From: a virus
Taxonomy: Duplodnaviria; Caudoviricetes
DNA length: 64,000 nucleotides
Strand: one strand, 5' to 3'
IMG/VR virus record: IMGVR_UViG_3300033485_000007
Coordinates: 12,653-76,652 of that record
Position 1 is the first letter of the stretch; every line of letters begins with the position of its first letter. The notes below the pieces were generated by a model. The model made no database searches. It saw only the letters and a list, made by a program, of their open reading frames with translations, and was not told where the DNA came from. The translations under genes and the position numbers were made by a program. Shown piece by piece: positions 8,969 through 18,982 of the stretch.

Positions 8969-11287
8969 ATGGCCAACGATATCGTAGTTAGAGTCGGCGC
9001 GGTACTGGACCGCTCATTCGATGTCGTCATGGGCGAGGTCGAAAAGAAGGCCGAGCGGGCCCGGCGGGCAATTGGGAGAGGGGCAGCGGGGGCACAGTCT
9101 CCTATTATCGGGCTTGATAAATCGTCTCTTGATTCATTTAGGAACATCGAGACGCACGCGAGGCGCCATAGCTCTAAGCTCCGCGCTCTATTACAGGAAC
9201 AGGTAAAGGCTAACGCCGCCGCTGCCGCACAGCGTGTTATTGATAATCAGCGCGCCATGGCGGCCGAGGAGCGGGCCGAGCAGGCGCACCAGCTCAGGAT
9301 TGGTCGCGCGCGTGCACAGTCAGCTGAACGGTCGATGCGAGAGACGGTCGTCGCCGCAAGAAAAAGAGAGCGAGAAATAGACCGGTTTGCGACGCGCACA
9401 AGCCACCGCGCGACGCGATTCTTCTTCCCGCCGCCCGAAGGTGCCTTGGGCTACGCTAAGCGCACTGCGCTCGATATATCGCGCGGGGCGGGGGTCGACT
9501 TTTCGCTCTCGTCTGGCATCGGCAAGGCCCGTGAACGCGAGGCTGCCGCGGTCGCACTAAGCAACCAAGGGTGGAATCCAGACACCAAGTTCGAGGACAG
9601 AATCAGCGCAACCGAGCTTCGGGCCACCGCGAAGGCCCAAGCGGCGCGTCTTGGCCTCAAGGGCGAGGAAGACGTGATGGCGGCCATGACCAAATTCACC
9701 GATGTGACCGGTGATTTGGCGACAGCCAAGGCCGTTATCGGCGACATTGGGCTTCTGGCTCGTGCTTCGGGCACAAATCTTGAGGAAGCGGCATCGGCTG
9801 CGGCGGACATGAGCGCTCAGCTACCCGATTCGATGGACTTGGAGACCCGTCGGGCCGCGATGCAGAAACTCCTGAACGTTGCGGCGATGGGTGGCAAGCG
9901 TGGCGCGGTCGAAATGAAGGACCTTGCGCGCTATATGCCTAAAATTGTGTCGTCTGCTGGCTCATTTGCTGGTGATCCACAGGACGCAATGGTCAAATTG
10001 ATGGCCATTTCTCAGGTATCGCGCCGTTATGGCGGAGCGCCGAACGCCGCTGTGGCATCCACGTCCGTCGCGGCGATGGTTAACACGCTAAAAACCCCTG
10101 CTCGCGTCAATCAGTTCAAGGCGCACGGCGTAAACGTCTACGATGAGCAGGGAAAGCTTCGCGACATACAGGCGATCATCAAAGAATCGATTGTAGCCGC
10201 CAAAAACCCGGTCGAATTCAAGAAAATGTGGGCAAACGTGCAGGGCGCCCGCGCGGTTGAGGGCTTCCGGACGATTTATCAGAAGGCGGGCGGCGGAAAG
10301 TCTGGTCTAGAGGCGATCAACGCCGAATTTGCCAAGTTCACCGCGGCCCTAGACCCCGAAGCTCAGAAAAAGATGCTAGCCGAGGTCACCGGGACCACGG
10401 AAGCGACCGCTAACCGATTCCAGCAGAAATTGGACGAGGTTACCGAGCGTATGGGCAACACTTTGCTTCCGACGCTTGAGAAACTTGCACCAACGGTACT
10501 CCAGTTGACCGACGCGTTCGCGAAAGCGGTAGCGTGGGCCACTGAAAACCCCGGCAAGGCAATCACCGCGGCAATCGTTGCGTCAATTGCTAGGGCCGGC
10601 CTTGAATCTGGAATCCGAATGCTCATCGACCGCGCCGCGACCGCGATGCTCGGCGGCGGCGCCGGCCAGGTTGCTGGCGGCGTAATTCGCGGAGGGGCTC
10701 CCGGTGCAATAGGTCGAGCTGGCTCAGCTGTTGGCGGTGCCCTGTCTGGTGGCATGGGACCGGTTGCGAATACGATCGGTGTCATCGGTGTCGCAGCGGC
10801 ATCGTTCACCATCACGAGTGCGATTCTCAACTCGACCAACACTACCGTTCAGGAGTCACGATTTCGACAAGCCACGTCCGGTAACGACATCGTGTCCAGC
10901 TTTCAGAAGCAGTACGCGGAAGCGAAAACCGACGAGGAGCGGGCGGCAATAAAGAAGCGAGCCTTGTACAATATCGAACAAGACGAGTCTTCGCGCGGTC
11001 CAATGGACAAGTTGTTCGGTAACTCGGACATCTATTTCAAAACGGTTAAGGCCGTGGAAGACGCCGCTCGTGAATCCGATGCAGCCCGTCAACGCGGCAC
11101 CGAACAGCAGCAGTATCAGCAGTCCACTGGTCAATCTACGCTCGCTAGTGACATCTCGATAGCGGTCGCGAAGGAATTGACCGGCGTAATGCAGAAAACG
11201 CTGACCGTGCGCGTCACGAATACGGACGAGTTCAAGTTCTCGAACATTGTCGGAGGCGGGACCAGTGAAGAGCCGCCGAGGTTCTAA
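8969..11287 (+). CDS. tail tape measure protein
   Basis: 772 aa, Ala-rich helical; GKRGAVEMKDLA, GVNVYD..GKLRDI, TTEATANRFQ motifs of TP901-type TMP cores. Confidence 0.9.
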   Translation: MANDIVVRVGAVLDRSFDVVMGEVEKKAERARRAIGRGAAGAQSPIIGLDKSSLDSFRNIETHARRHSSKLRALLQEQVKANAAAAAQRVIDNQRAMAAEERAEQAHQLRIGRARAQSAERSMRETVVAARKREREIDRFATRTSHRATRFFFPPPEGALGYAKRTALDISRGAGVDFSLSSGIGKAREREAAAVALSNQGWNPDTKFEDRISATELRATAKAQAARLGLKGEEDVMAAMTKFTDVTGDLATAKAVIGDIGLLARASGTNLEEAASAAADMSAQLPDSMDLETRRAAMQKLLNVAAMGGKRGAVEMKDLARYMPKIVSSAGSFAGDPQDAMVKLMAISQVSRRYGGAPNAAVASTSVAAMVNTLKTPARVNQFKAHGVNVYDEQGKLRDIQAIIKESIVAAKNPVEFKKMWANVQGARAVEGFRTIYQKAGGGKSGLEAINAEFAKFTAALDPEAQKKMLAEVTGTTEATANRFQQKLDEVTERMGNTLLPTLEKLAPTVLQLTDAFAKAVAWATENPGKAITAAIVASIARAGLESGIRMLIDRAATAMLGGGAGQVAGGVIRGGAPGAIGRAGSAVGGALSGGMGPVANTIGVIGVAAASFTITSAILNSTNTTVQESRFRQATSGNDIVSSFQKQYAEAKTDEERAAIKKRALYNIEQDESSRGPMDKLFGNSDIYFKTVKAVEDAARESDAARQRGTEQQQYQQSTGQSTLASDISIAVAKELTGVMQKTLTVRVTNTDEFKFSNIVGGGTSEEPPRF

Positions 11288-11289
11288 CC

Positions 11290-12189
11290 ATGGCCTACGC
11301 AGCATCACGAGTAACCAAAGCGTGCTCTTTCGATGGCGTTCGATTCCCTGTCCTGTCCTGTCGGGTCAAGGGAGCAATGCGCAATCACGAGCACGTCTAC
11401 CCGCATAGTCCAGGGGCGGCAATTGAAAAGCTCGGGCGCGACCTCTACAAGATAGAGATTGTCCCGTGCTTCCAGGATAATCTAATCCCACCCGAGTACG
11501 AGGGGATTTGGCCGCAACGTCTATCGCACTTGCGCGAGAAGTTCGACGCGGGCAAGACCGCTGACCTCATCCTGCCAACGGTCGGCAAGATGCGCGCGAT
11601 GGCGACTAGCTGGGAACAGGAATTTAACCCGGCCAAGTCGCTATCGGGCGAGTCGGTAACATGGCAGTTCGTTGAGGACCAGGAAAATGCGCGACTGCTA
11701 GCGGCATCGTTCACATCTTCGAAGGGCCTATCGCAAGCGGTCACGTCCTTCAAAATTGCCGGCAACTCGCTAAACCCGAAGCCGTCGCTTTGGGACATGG
11801 CTGCCGGCGCAATTGATATCGTCCTGTCGTACAAGGGACAAATCGAGCTGTACTCCGCTCTGGTCGAGTCGAAGCTTCAGTCCGCAATATCGATGTTTGG
11901 CTCGCTATCTGACCAGGCCTCGGCTCTATCCGACCCGAGAAACGCATTCGCACTCGAAGCGTTGACAGAGCTATGGGCACAGACCATGGCGTTTTACAAG
12001 GACCAGAAGCAGACTGGACTTGTTTTCAAGTTCAAGAGAACGCCGCGGGATATGGACATCGGCCAGGTCTCGGTCTGGTTATACGGCGACAGCGAGATGG
12101 CGAGCGACCTGCTTTCTCTTAACGCATTCGTTGACCCTTACGCGATTCCTTACGGAACGAACGTTCGATACTACGAAGTCAAGTTGTAA
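11290..12189 (+). CDS. DNA-circularization/tube-initiator protein (Mu gpN-like)
   Basis: SFDGVRFPV...HEHVYPHSPGAAIEKLGR N-terminal motif; follows the TMP. Confidence 0.75.
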   Translation: MAYAASRVTKACSFDGVRFPVLSCRVKGAMRNHEHVYPHSPGAAIEKLGRDLYKIEIVPCFQDNLIPPEYEGIWPQRLSHLREKFDAGKTADLILPTVGKMRAMATSWEQEFNPAKSLSGESVTWQFVEDQENARLLAASFTSSKGLSQAVTSFKIAGNSLNPKPSLWDMAAGAIDIVLSYKGQIELYSALVESKLQSAISMFGSLSDQASALSDPRNAFALEALTELWAQTMAFYKDQKQTGLVFKFKRTPRDMDIGQVSVWLYGDSEMASDLLSLNAFVDPYAIPYGTNVRYYEVKL

Positions 12190-13517
12190 TGACCATCGTA
12201 AACGCAAATACCGAGCTCGGCAGCGATGACGATATTGTCAAGCTGTACATTAACGGTAGCATAACCAAGTACACGAAATACAACGTGACGCTTGGCATCA
12301 TGGCGCAACCGTCGACGTTCTCGGTTTCGCTCGGGTCTGGCGATGTGGCGGGTGAGTTACTCAAAAAGATGACCCCGCGTAGTCTTGTCGAGCTCTACGT
12401 GGGGCCGACTCGTGTGCAGTGGGGCATCGTCGAGGACGTGTCCGCGTCATCGGGCGGTGGCGCTACCGAGGTAACGCTATCCGGTCGCGACTGGATTACG
12501 CCGCTCGTCAAGACCTACGTCCGTGCTGAGAAATCGTTCGGGGTCGCGACGTACTACGACCTGACTCGCCAGGTGTTGGACATCTGCGGGCTCGCGGACA
12601 GGCCCCTCGACGGCAACAACGACGTTGCAAGGCAGAAGGCGACGCGCTCCGTCAAGGTCAAGGCCGAGCCCGCTACGGACGTCGTGGAGCAACTGGAGAC
12701 CAACGCCGTCACGCGCCCTGGTACCAAAATCGTATACAACCGCATCGTCGCTAAGCTCGGTCAGACCTGGTGGGATTTTCTCAAGAGCCAATACAAGCAG
12801 GTCGGTCTCTATCTCTGGGCGACACCAGACGGCGGATTCGTTCTCGCCAGGCCCACCGCAAAGCAACGTCCGCTTTACTACATCCGCCACGGCAGAGGAA
12901 TAACACGCGACCAGTGCAACATCACCTCGCTACCCTACCAAAACAAGACAAGCGGGCGCCACTCCAAGTGCACCGTTATGTCGCGGGTTGGTGGGAAGAA
13001 GGGGCGCGGGCAGGTCTACGGTGATTGGGTAGACGCTGAGATGGTTAGCTACGGTTTCGCGGACGAAATCGTAATTCACGACAATGACTGCAAGACCGTC
13101 GCTGCCTGCGAGTACTTAGCGAAACGCACGCTAGCCGAGGAGCGCCGGGCCAATTGCTCCATCACCGTCACCGTTAGCGGTCACACGACACCCAGCCTGC
13201 TCGATAGCGGGCAGATGGTCGTGTGGATGCCCGACACGATGGTGACATTACGGAGCGAGGAATACGGTTTTGAAGACGATTTCTACATCGAGGAAGTGAC
13301 GTTCTCGCGTGGTCCGCAAACGACTACGACACTCAAGCTAATGCGTAAACTCGACCTGATTTACCTCGGCGAGTCCAATCCCGACGACGAGCTGCATAAC
13401 CAAGACGCAACTCAGCGCGCTAGAGCAGTCGACCTTCGCGTCGGTAGCTCAGCGGCAACCGACTCCTCTGCCCCTGGTGATATCCCGGTAGGCGAACTTA
13501 CCCCCATATCGAGCTAG
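12189..13517 (+). CDS. baseplate hub protein (Mu gp44/gpP-like)
   Basis: 442 aa; TLSGRDW..PLV, GLYLWATPDGGFVL, WMPDTMVTL...DFYIEEVTFSR. Confidence 0.8.
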   Translation: MTIVNANTELGSDDDIVKLYINGSITKYTKYNVTLGIMAQPSTFSVSLGSGDVAGELLKKMTPRSLVELYVGPTRVQWGIVEDVSASSGGGATEVTLSGRDWITPLVKTYVRAEKSFGVATYYDLTRQVLDICGLADRPLDGNNDVARQKATRSVKVKAEPATDVVEQLETNAVTRPGTKIVYNRIVAKLGQTWWDFLKSQYKQVGLYLWATPDGGFVLARPTAKQRPLYYIRHGRGITRDQCNITSLPYQNKTSGRHSKCTVMSRVGGKKGRGQVYGDWVDAEMVSYGFADEIVIHDNDCKTVAACEYLAKRTLAEERRANCSITVTVSGHTTPSLLDSGQMVVWMPDTMVTLRSEEYGFEDDFYIEEVTFSRGPQTTTTLKLMRKLDLIYLGESNPDDELHNQDATQRARAVDLRVGSSAATDSSAPGDIPVGELTPISS

Positions 13518-13520
13518 CTC

Positions 13521-15881
13521 ATGCCCCTAAGCACCACCGAACTTAAGCAATCTCTCACCACTCTGGCGCAAGCGGCCGTTAAGGGTATCTCTACCGCGAC
13601 CGGTGGCGCACCCCCTCCCGGTGGCCCACAAGGTGTTTTCGACGTCTCCAACAACGGCTTAGAGTGGAAGCCGACCGTTCGTGTCATCGCCGGCTCAGGA
13701 ACGCTCTTCTCTGTCGTTGATGGGGAAGCTACCATCACCGCGGCCAACCTAGGCACGGTCGAGTACGCGACACAGGCCATATTCCGCGCGTCGCCAGTAC
13801 CAGCCGACGGGGCCGTGTTCCGTATCGTGTCGCCACCCGGAGAATATCGCTACTCGACATCCTCGGGCGCTGGTTGGGCTGATGATGGCGACACGATTCT
13901 AAAGCCCGATTCGATTCCACTTGGTTCAAACGGGCGCGCGTTTTCGACCCGCGCATCGGAGCACGCAGCAACGTTCACGGCCGCGCGCGCGATGAAGGGG
14001 TTGTACGGTCGCGCTAAGCACGTGCATATCGAGAGTCACACGACGTTCGGTGACGGTGGCGGTGGGGTTTTCGACGTCAAGGCCATCGGGGCTTACGTTG
14101 ACGACGATGGCACAACGCTCGTCGCGGCCAGCTCGGCTCTGATCCGACGGGACATCACCGGAGCTGTCGACCCGCGATGGTTTGGCGCAGACGGTCGATA
14201 TGTTTCTGGCGCAACACCCGACTCTACTGCGGCATTTATCGCGGCACTGGCTTATTGCGCGGCCGACCCGAATAATAGACCGCTGCGCATTCGACGCGGA
14301 ACGTATCTCATTACAGATGAGCTAGATATCGTTTCCCATATGACGATCAAGGGCGAGGGATACGGGTCTAGAATCTGGTTCAACGCGCCAACGAAAACGC
14401 TGTTCACATTCGGTCGACTTGCGGCGTGTTGGGCTGTTACGCTGCGTAACTTCGTAATTACCGGCCCAACATCATGCGGTTTTGCCGCTCTTGAGGTTGT
14501 TGATTCACTGCTCGATTTCGACATAAAAATCAAAGTGGCCGGCGGTTTCAGCTACGGATTTTATGGGCAGCAGGTAGGCGGACTTGGCGCGGCTGTTCAG
14601 TGGGGGACGCTCCACCTAGGCACGATGTTAAATTGGGGCGGCCCATGCCCAGGGAATTACATCTACCTCGATGGGTATTTCAACGCGTGTCACATTATCT
14701 CCCATACATCCCACGTTCCGGGTATTGCCGTCCACTTAATCGGCGGGACACCGGGGACTGGCCATGGGCATTACAGTTCGATCACGGGCACCGCACAAGG
14801 CTGCGGACAAGGATTCTTGCTTGATGCTTGCGATGGGACCCGCTTTATCGATTGGTATGACGAAGGTAATACTACCAATAGCAAGATTCAAAATTCTTAC
14901 CGCGTCCGACTGACAAGCGGCGCCGGTGATATAGTCCTGCAAGACACAGACGGGATCCGCGCCGAATCATGGCTCGGAGTGGTGACCTCAACCGACGGTG
15001 TGAATAAGCGCCGTGAAAATGTCTCATCGTGGATGGGGGTCAACCCGGTAATTCGCGAGAACGCTTCGGAAATTACGCTAGGTGGATATTGGCAGACGAC
15101 AACGGGTGCCACGGTAAATCCAGCAGCCTTCGCTGTTGACGACCCTCCAAATCTGTTGTTAAACGGCGACTTTTCCAGGTGGCGATCAGCCGCCGATCAG
15201 CAAATTGTAGGATTTACGGGCAACTATAAAGCTACACGTTGCGGAGATGGGCAGACCGACACGGCCCGAACATTGCTTTGTGCAAACAGTGCAATCATCG
15301 AGAACCCGACAGGGGACGTCACCTACCCGCTTGGTTTATACGGAAACGTGACCGGCCCGCTCCCGGCTCATTTGATCGGATGCAGTGCGACTGTGCTTTT
15401 CAAAGCCAAGGTGATCACAGGTCCGGGATTTGGCTTTGCGCTCTACGACACCACGTCCTCGTCGCTAGGAGCGACATCGTACGGGTCCATGCTGTGCGAA
15501 GATGGATGGACCGTCCACTCGGCGACGTGTGAAATAACATCGGCGATGATCACTAACGGCATCCGGGTTGCTGTTGGCGCGGTAAACGGCTCGCAGATCC
15601 GTCTGTCCGAGATGCACGTTTCTATTTCGTCTACTGCGCCGAGATATTTCACTAGATGCAGCGAGCGCCTTGATAAAAAGGCCCGCCTTGGTCTCAATGG
15701 GTTGCTGGATGTTCTGGTAACAGAAGTCCCAGCCGGAGCAAACGATCCAATATGGTCGCAACCGTGGCAGGTGGGTGATTTCGCCAGACTAGTGACACCA
15801 ACCGTAGAGGTAACAGGTGTCCGTATTGGGTGGATTCGCTCAACGGCATCATGGTTACCGGTTGACATGGGGACGGTATAG
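13521..15881 (+). CDS. tailspike-like protein with pectate-lyase-like beta-helix and C-terminal CBM-like domain
   Basis: DDGDTIL, GDGGGGVF, VDPRWFGADG, DSTAAFIAAL, GTYLIT motifs; NLLLNGDFSRW starts a CBM-like region. Confidence 0.75.
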   Translation: MPLSTTELKQSLTTLAQAAVKGISTATGGAPPPGGPQGVFDVSNNGLEWKPTVRVIAGSGTLFSVVDGEATITAANLGTVEYATQAIFRASPVPADGAVFRIVSPPGEYRYSTSSGAGWADDGDTILKPDSIPLGSNGRAFSTRASEHAATFTAARAMKGLYGRAKHVHIESHTTFGDGGGGVFDVKAIGAYVDDDGTTLVAASSALIRRDITGAVDPRWFGADGRYVSGATPDSTAAFIAALAYCAADPNNRPLRIRRGTYLITDELDIVSHMTIKGEGYGSRIWFNAPTKTLFTFGRLAACWAVTLRNFVITGPTSCGFAALEVVDSLLDFDIKIKVAGGFSYGFYGQQVGGLGAAVQWGTLHLGTMLNWGGPCPGNYIYLDGYFNACHIISHTSHVPGIAVHLIGGTPGTGHGHYSSITGTAQGCGQGFLLDACDGTRFIDWYDEGNTTNSKIQNSYRVRLTSGAGDIVLQDTDGIRAESWLGVVTSTDGVNKRRENVSSWMGVNPVIRENASEITLGGYWQTTTGATVNPAAFAVDDPPNLLLNGDFSRWRSAADQQIVGFTGNYKATRCGDGQTDTARTLLCANSAIIENPTGDVTYPLGLYGNVTGPLPAHLIGCSATVLFKAKVITGPGFGFALYDTTSSSLGATSYGSMLCEDGWTVHSATCEITSAMITNGIRVAVGAVNGSQIRLSEMHVSISSTAPRYFTRCSERLDKKARLGLNGLLDVLVTEVPAGANDPIWSQPWQVGDFARLVTPTVEVTGVRIGWIRSTASWLPVDMGTV

Positions 15882-16558
15882 TGATGCCAGCGATCGGATT
15901 AGGTTTGGGTCTGGGTTTATTACGGAGCGGAAGGTTTAGCACTCCGCAATTAAACGCGCGGTTACTCAATATTTACGGTGCTGGACTCACAGATCTCTGG
16001 ACGGGTGACGGTGTTGTGTTCAATGGATCGGAACAGGCAACGGGTTGGGTCGGCGGCGTAAACGCACAAGCATTTACGCTTTTCGGGACAACGTACTATA
16101 ACAAGACTTGCGTAAATGGTCGCGTTGGAATCCTGTCGCCCGCAGCGACGATAAAGGGGTTTCTACACGCTACGCTGCCCGCGTCGAAAAGTTTAGTCGT
16201 CGTTGCTGGTATGCCAGCGTTGCCGTCCGCAGCACAGCATGAACTAGCTCTGGTAGATGGAGTAACCGGCCCGGATGCGTCGCTGTTGGTCACGGCTGGA
16301 TCAAGCACCTGGTATGCGTCCGGGTGGACACAGTATCGAGACGGCGTAGCCACAAACGCGCTTGCGACAGGGATCCATGTGTACCAAGCCGATAAAGCCG
16401 CAAACACTACAGTTGGGCTCAGGGTCGGCGGGTGGACTGGAGCAGACACCGCATACCCTGGAGAGATACTGGCGGTGATGGCCTTATCTGTCGTGCCGAC
16501 AGCAGAGCAAAGGGTATTACATACCGCTAACTTTAAGTCCTACTACGCAATCCCCTAG
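15881..16558 (+). CDS. LamG/ConA-like virion protein
   Basis: Beta-rich; ends GEILAVMALS...EQRVLHTANFKSYY as in phage LamG-like domains. Confidence 0.5.
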   Translation: MMPAIGLGLGLGLLRSGRFSTPQLNARLLNIYGAGLTDLWTGDGVVFNGSEQATGWVGGVNAQAFTLFGTTYYNKTCVNGRVGILSPAATIKGFLHATLPASKSLVVVAGMPALPSAAQHELALVDGVTGPDASLLVTAGSSTWYASGWTQYRDGVATNALATGIHVYQADKAANTTVGLRVGGWTGADTAYPGEILAVMALSVVPTAEQRVLHTANFKSYYAIP

Positions 16559-16561
16559 CCC

Positions 16562-16972
16562 ATGACCGCCCCACTCCCATCAGGACGCCGCCCGTACCTT
16601 CCGGCGGCGCCCTACTATGACGGTAAAACCCGCGATTGGTTGTTGGACTCCAATGACCAGTATCGCGGGATTCACCCGAACGATGAAGGGATGGCGATGT
16701 CGTTTGCGATGGCCAAGGGCGAGTGCAGCGCGGCACCCGACGTTGGCAATTCGCTGGGCGACATCCCATACGTCACCGCTGACGATATCGCGGCGCAAAT
16801 CGAGACGCTTGTCTTGACCGCTTATCCTTGCTCCCGGTTAATCGCCGAGGGCAAGGTGAGGATAGACTCGATACAACACGAAGTGCGCAACGAAGATAAC
16901 GGCTTAGCGGTCGTCGTGAACTACACGAATCTCGATACGTCATCGCGCGGAACCGCAAACTGGTACACGTAA
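16562..16972 (+). CDS. baseplate wedge/sheath initiator (gp25 / Mu gp46-like)
   Basis: 136 aa; DVGNSL..IPY, KVRIDSI, VVVNYTNL; precedes the J-like gene. Confidence 0.65.
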   Translation: MTAPLPSGRRPYLPAAPYYDGKTRDWLLDSNDQYRGIHPNDEGMAMSFAMAKGECSAAPDVGNSLGDIPYVTADDIAAQIETLVLTAYPCSRLIAEGKVRIDSIQHEVRNEDNGLAVVVNYTNLDTSSRGTANWYT

Positions 16973-16973
16973 A

Positions 16974-18473
16974 ATGGTCGACCTAGTTGTAAAATCCAGG
17001 GAAGAGTGGCGCGATTACTGGCTGAGGTGCTATGCGAATCGCAACCCAGACGCCGACGTTGGTCCGGGTAGCTATCCGTGGCTACGCGCGTCGGTGCAAG
17101 CCGAAACGCTGACGATTCTGTCGGCGGATGCGCTAGCAATTTCCGACTCCATCCCGCTCGATAATATGACGGGCAGCCAGCTTGACGCCAAATACGGTGA
17201 CAAGTTGCCGCGTAACCTGGAGACGAATGCGTCGGGCTATATCACTGTTTCGACGGGAAGCGCAGGGTCTGCAATTGTCATCGGTGACCCACTCGTCCAT
17301 GCGTCGACGCGCAACCAGTACGAGGTCACATCCGCCAGCGCAACATTCACCAATGGCCAGCAGATTGCTGTCGAATCGGTTGACCCAGGCGTTGGTCAAA
17401 ACCTGACACCGGGCGAGGTCCTGCAATGGGTGTCGCCACGACCTGGATGCTACTCGACGGCGGTTGTTTTTCAGGCGCCAGACGGGAACGGCCTCATTGG
17501 CGGACGCGCGGTTGAGTCGGACGACGAGTACCGTGAGCGAATCCGAGACTTCAATGCGTCGCCGATTGGTCACGGTAACGAGGGCGATGTGCTCGCGCTA
17601 GTTGAGAGCAGCCGAGAGCACGGTGTACCGGTAGAGAAATGCTTCGTCTACCCAGCTGCGCTCGCTCCTGGTTCTTTATCGTACGTATTCACGGTCAAGC
17701 GTGACAACTACTGGGAGTCGCGACAGCCATCTAGCGCGCAGATTACCGACGTTTTCGCGTATCTCACCGGGAAACTCCCCGGCGATTTCTCGATAGTACC
17801 CGCCGCGCTATACACCACTGATTGCACCGTCGATATGGCCGTCACCATCGACCCGCGTTACGGTCAGTGGTCAGACTTCGCGCCTTGGCCGGCATACTAC
17901 GCGCGCACCGCTGGACAGCTAGTTGTTGGCACGGTAACGAGCGCTACGGCGTTCCAAATTGTAACCGATGACGCGGACTATACCGGTGTGACGGCGCCTG
18001 TGGTCGGAAACACGATTGCTGTGTTCGATTTCGCTCTTGGTGTTTTCCGAAAGAAAAAGTTCCTCACGGTTTCCGGCACCGGTCCGTGGACGATTACGTG
18101 CGACACGACGGCGAATCAATCGGACACGACGTACGCTCCGTACGCGAACCAAGCCATCTCACCGTGGTTCGACGCAATAAACTCGGTAGCGACAGAGGTC
18201 GGGCAACACGTTGCTAGCCTCGGGCCAAGCGAGAATGTGGTAACATCATCGCTACCAGAAGACGGGACGCGTATGGCACGCCAACCGAAGGCGTACCCGG
18301 ACCAGTGGGACAATCATCTGACCGATGCCGTTGCGTACCGAGTTAAGACAAACGTCCCGAGCGCCGCTTCGTGCTCGCTACTCGCCGCCACACCGTCCAC
18401 GCCAAATCTAGGGTCGATTACCGTTAATTCGATTCTATCACTCGTTGACCTTGCTATCTACCCAACACCATAA
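16974..18473 (+). CDS. baseplate J-like wedge protein (Mu gp47-like)
   Basis: GGRAVESDDEYRERI, GHGNEGD, KCFVYP...PGS motifs. Confidence 0.85.
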   Translation: MVDLVVKSREEWRDYWLRCYANRNPDADVGPGSYPWLRASVQAETLTILSADALAISDSIPLDNMTGSQLDAKYGDKLPRNLETNASGYITVSTGSAGSAIVIGDPLVHASTRNQYEVTSASATFTNGQQIAVESVDPGVGQNLTPGEVLQWVSPRPGCYSTAVVFQAPDGNGLIGGRAVESDDEYRERIRDFNASPIGHGNEGDVLALVESSREHGVPVEKCFVYPAALAPGSLSYVFTVKRDNYWESRQPSSAQITDVFAYLTGKLPGDFSIVPAALYTTDCTVDMAVTIDPRYGQWSDFAPWPAYYARTAGQLVVGTVTSATAFQIVTDDADYTGVTAPVVGNTIAVFDFALGVFRKKKFLTVSGTGPWTITCDTTANQSDTTYAPYANQAISPWFDAINSVATEVGQHVASLGPSENVVTSSLPEDGTRMARQPKAYPDQWDNHLTDAVAYRVKTNVPSAASCSLLAATPSTPNLGSITVNSILSLVDLAIYPTP

Positions 18474-18982
18474 TGACATCACCAGCATATCCAGTTTTTG
18501 AGGGCGACGGTGGAGCAAATACACCGAAGCGGCCCACGGCATCGGTTGACCTTGGTGGGTTAGACTTCGTGGATTCAGTGAAGAATCCACCAAAAGACCG
18601 CGAGAGATTGGCCGCGTCCGACTACATGCAGGCAACAATGAGCCTTGAGCGCGTCGCGCGGATGTTGCCTGTGCTCATCGCGGATGTCACCGGAGAAACC
18701 GGAACGCCATCCACTGATACGGTTATCTCGGTCAACGACGCATTGACCACGGTCAACGTTGTTACGACTGAGATTGGAACTGGCAAATATCGGGTCACGT
18801 ACCCGACTGGTAAATTGCCGACAGCGAACTGTTCGCCAGTTGCACAGGTGATCAAATCTAGCGGGGCAATCGCTAGCGTTGAGGTGAATGCCTACACCGC
18901 GACTACTGTCGACGTGTGGGCATATGATTTCGCTGGTTCGTTAAGCGCGAACTCGGTTCAGTTTAAATTACTGGTATACTAA
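18473..18982 (+). CDS. hypothetical baseplate-associated protein
   Basis: 169 aa, translationally coupled on both sides. Confidence 0.55.
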   Translation: MTSPAYPVFEGDGGANTPKRPTASVDLGGLDFVDSVKNPPKDRERLAASDYMQATMSLERVARMLPVLIADVTGETGTPSTDTVISVNDALTTVNVVTTEIGTGKYRVTYPTGKLPTANCSPVAQVIKSSGAIASVEVNAYTATTVDVWAYDFAGSLSANSVQFKLLVY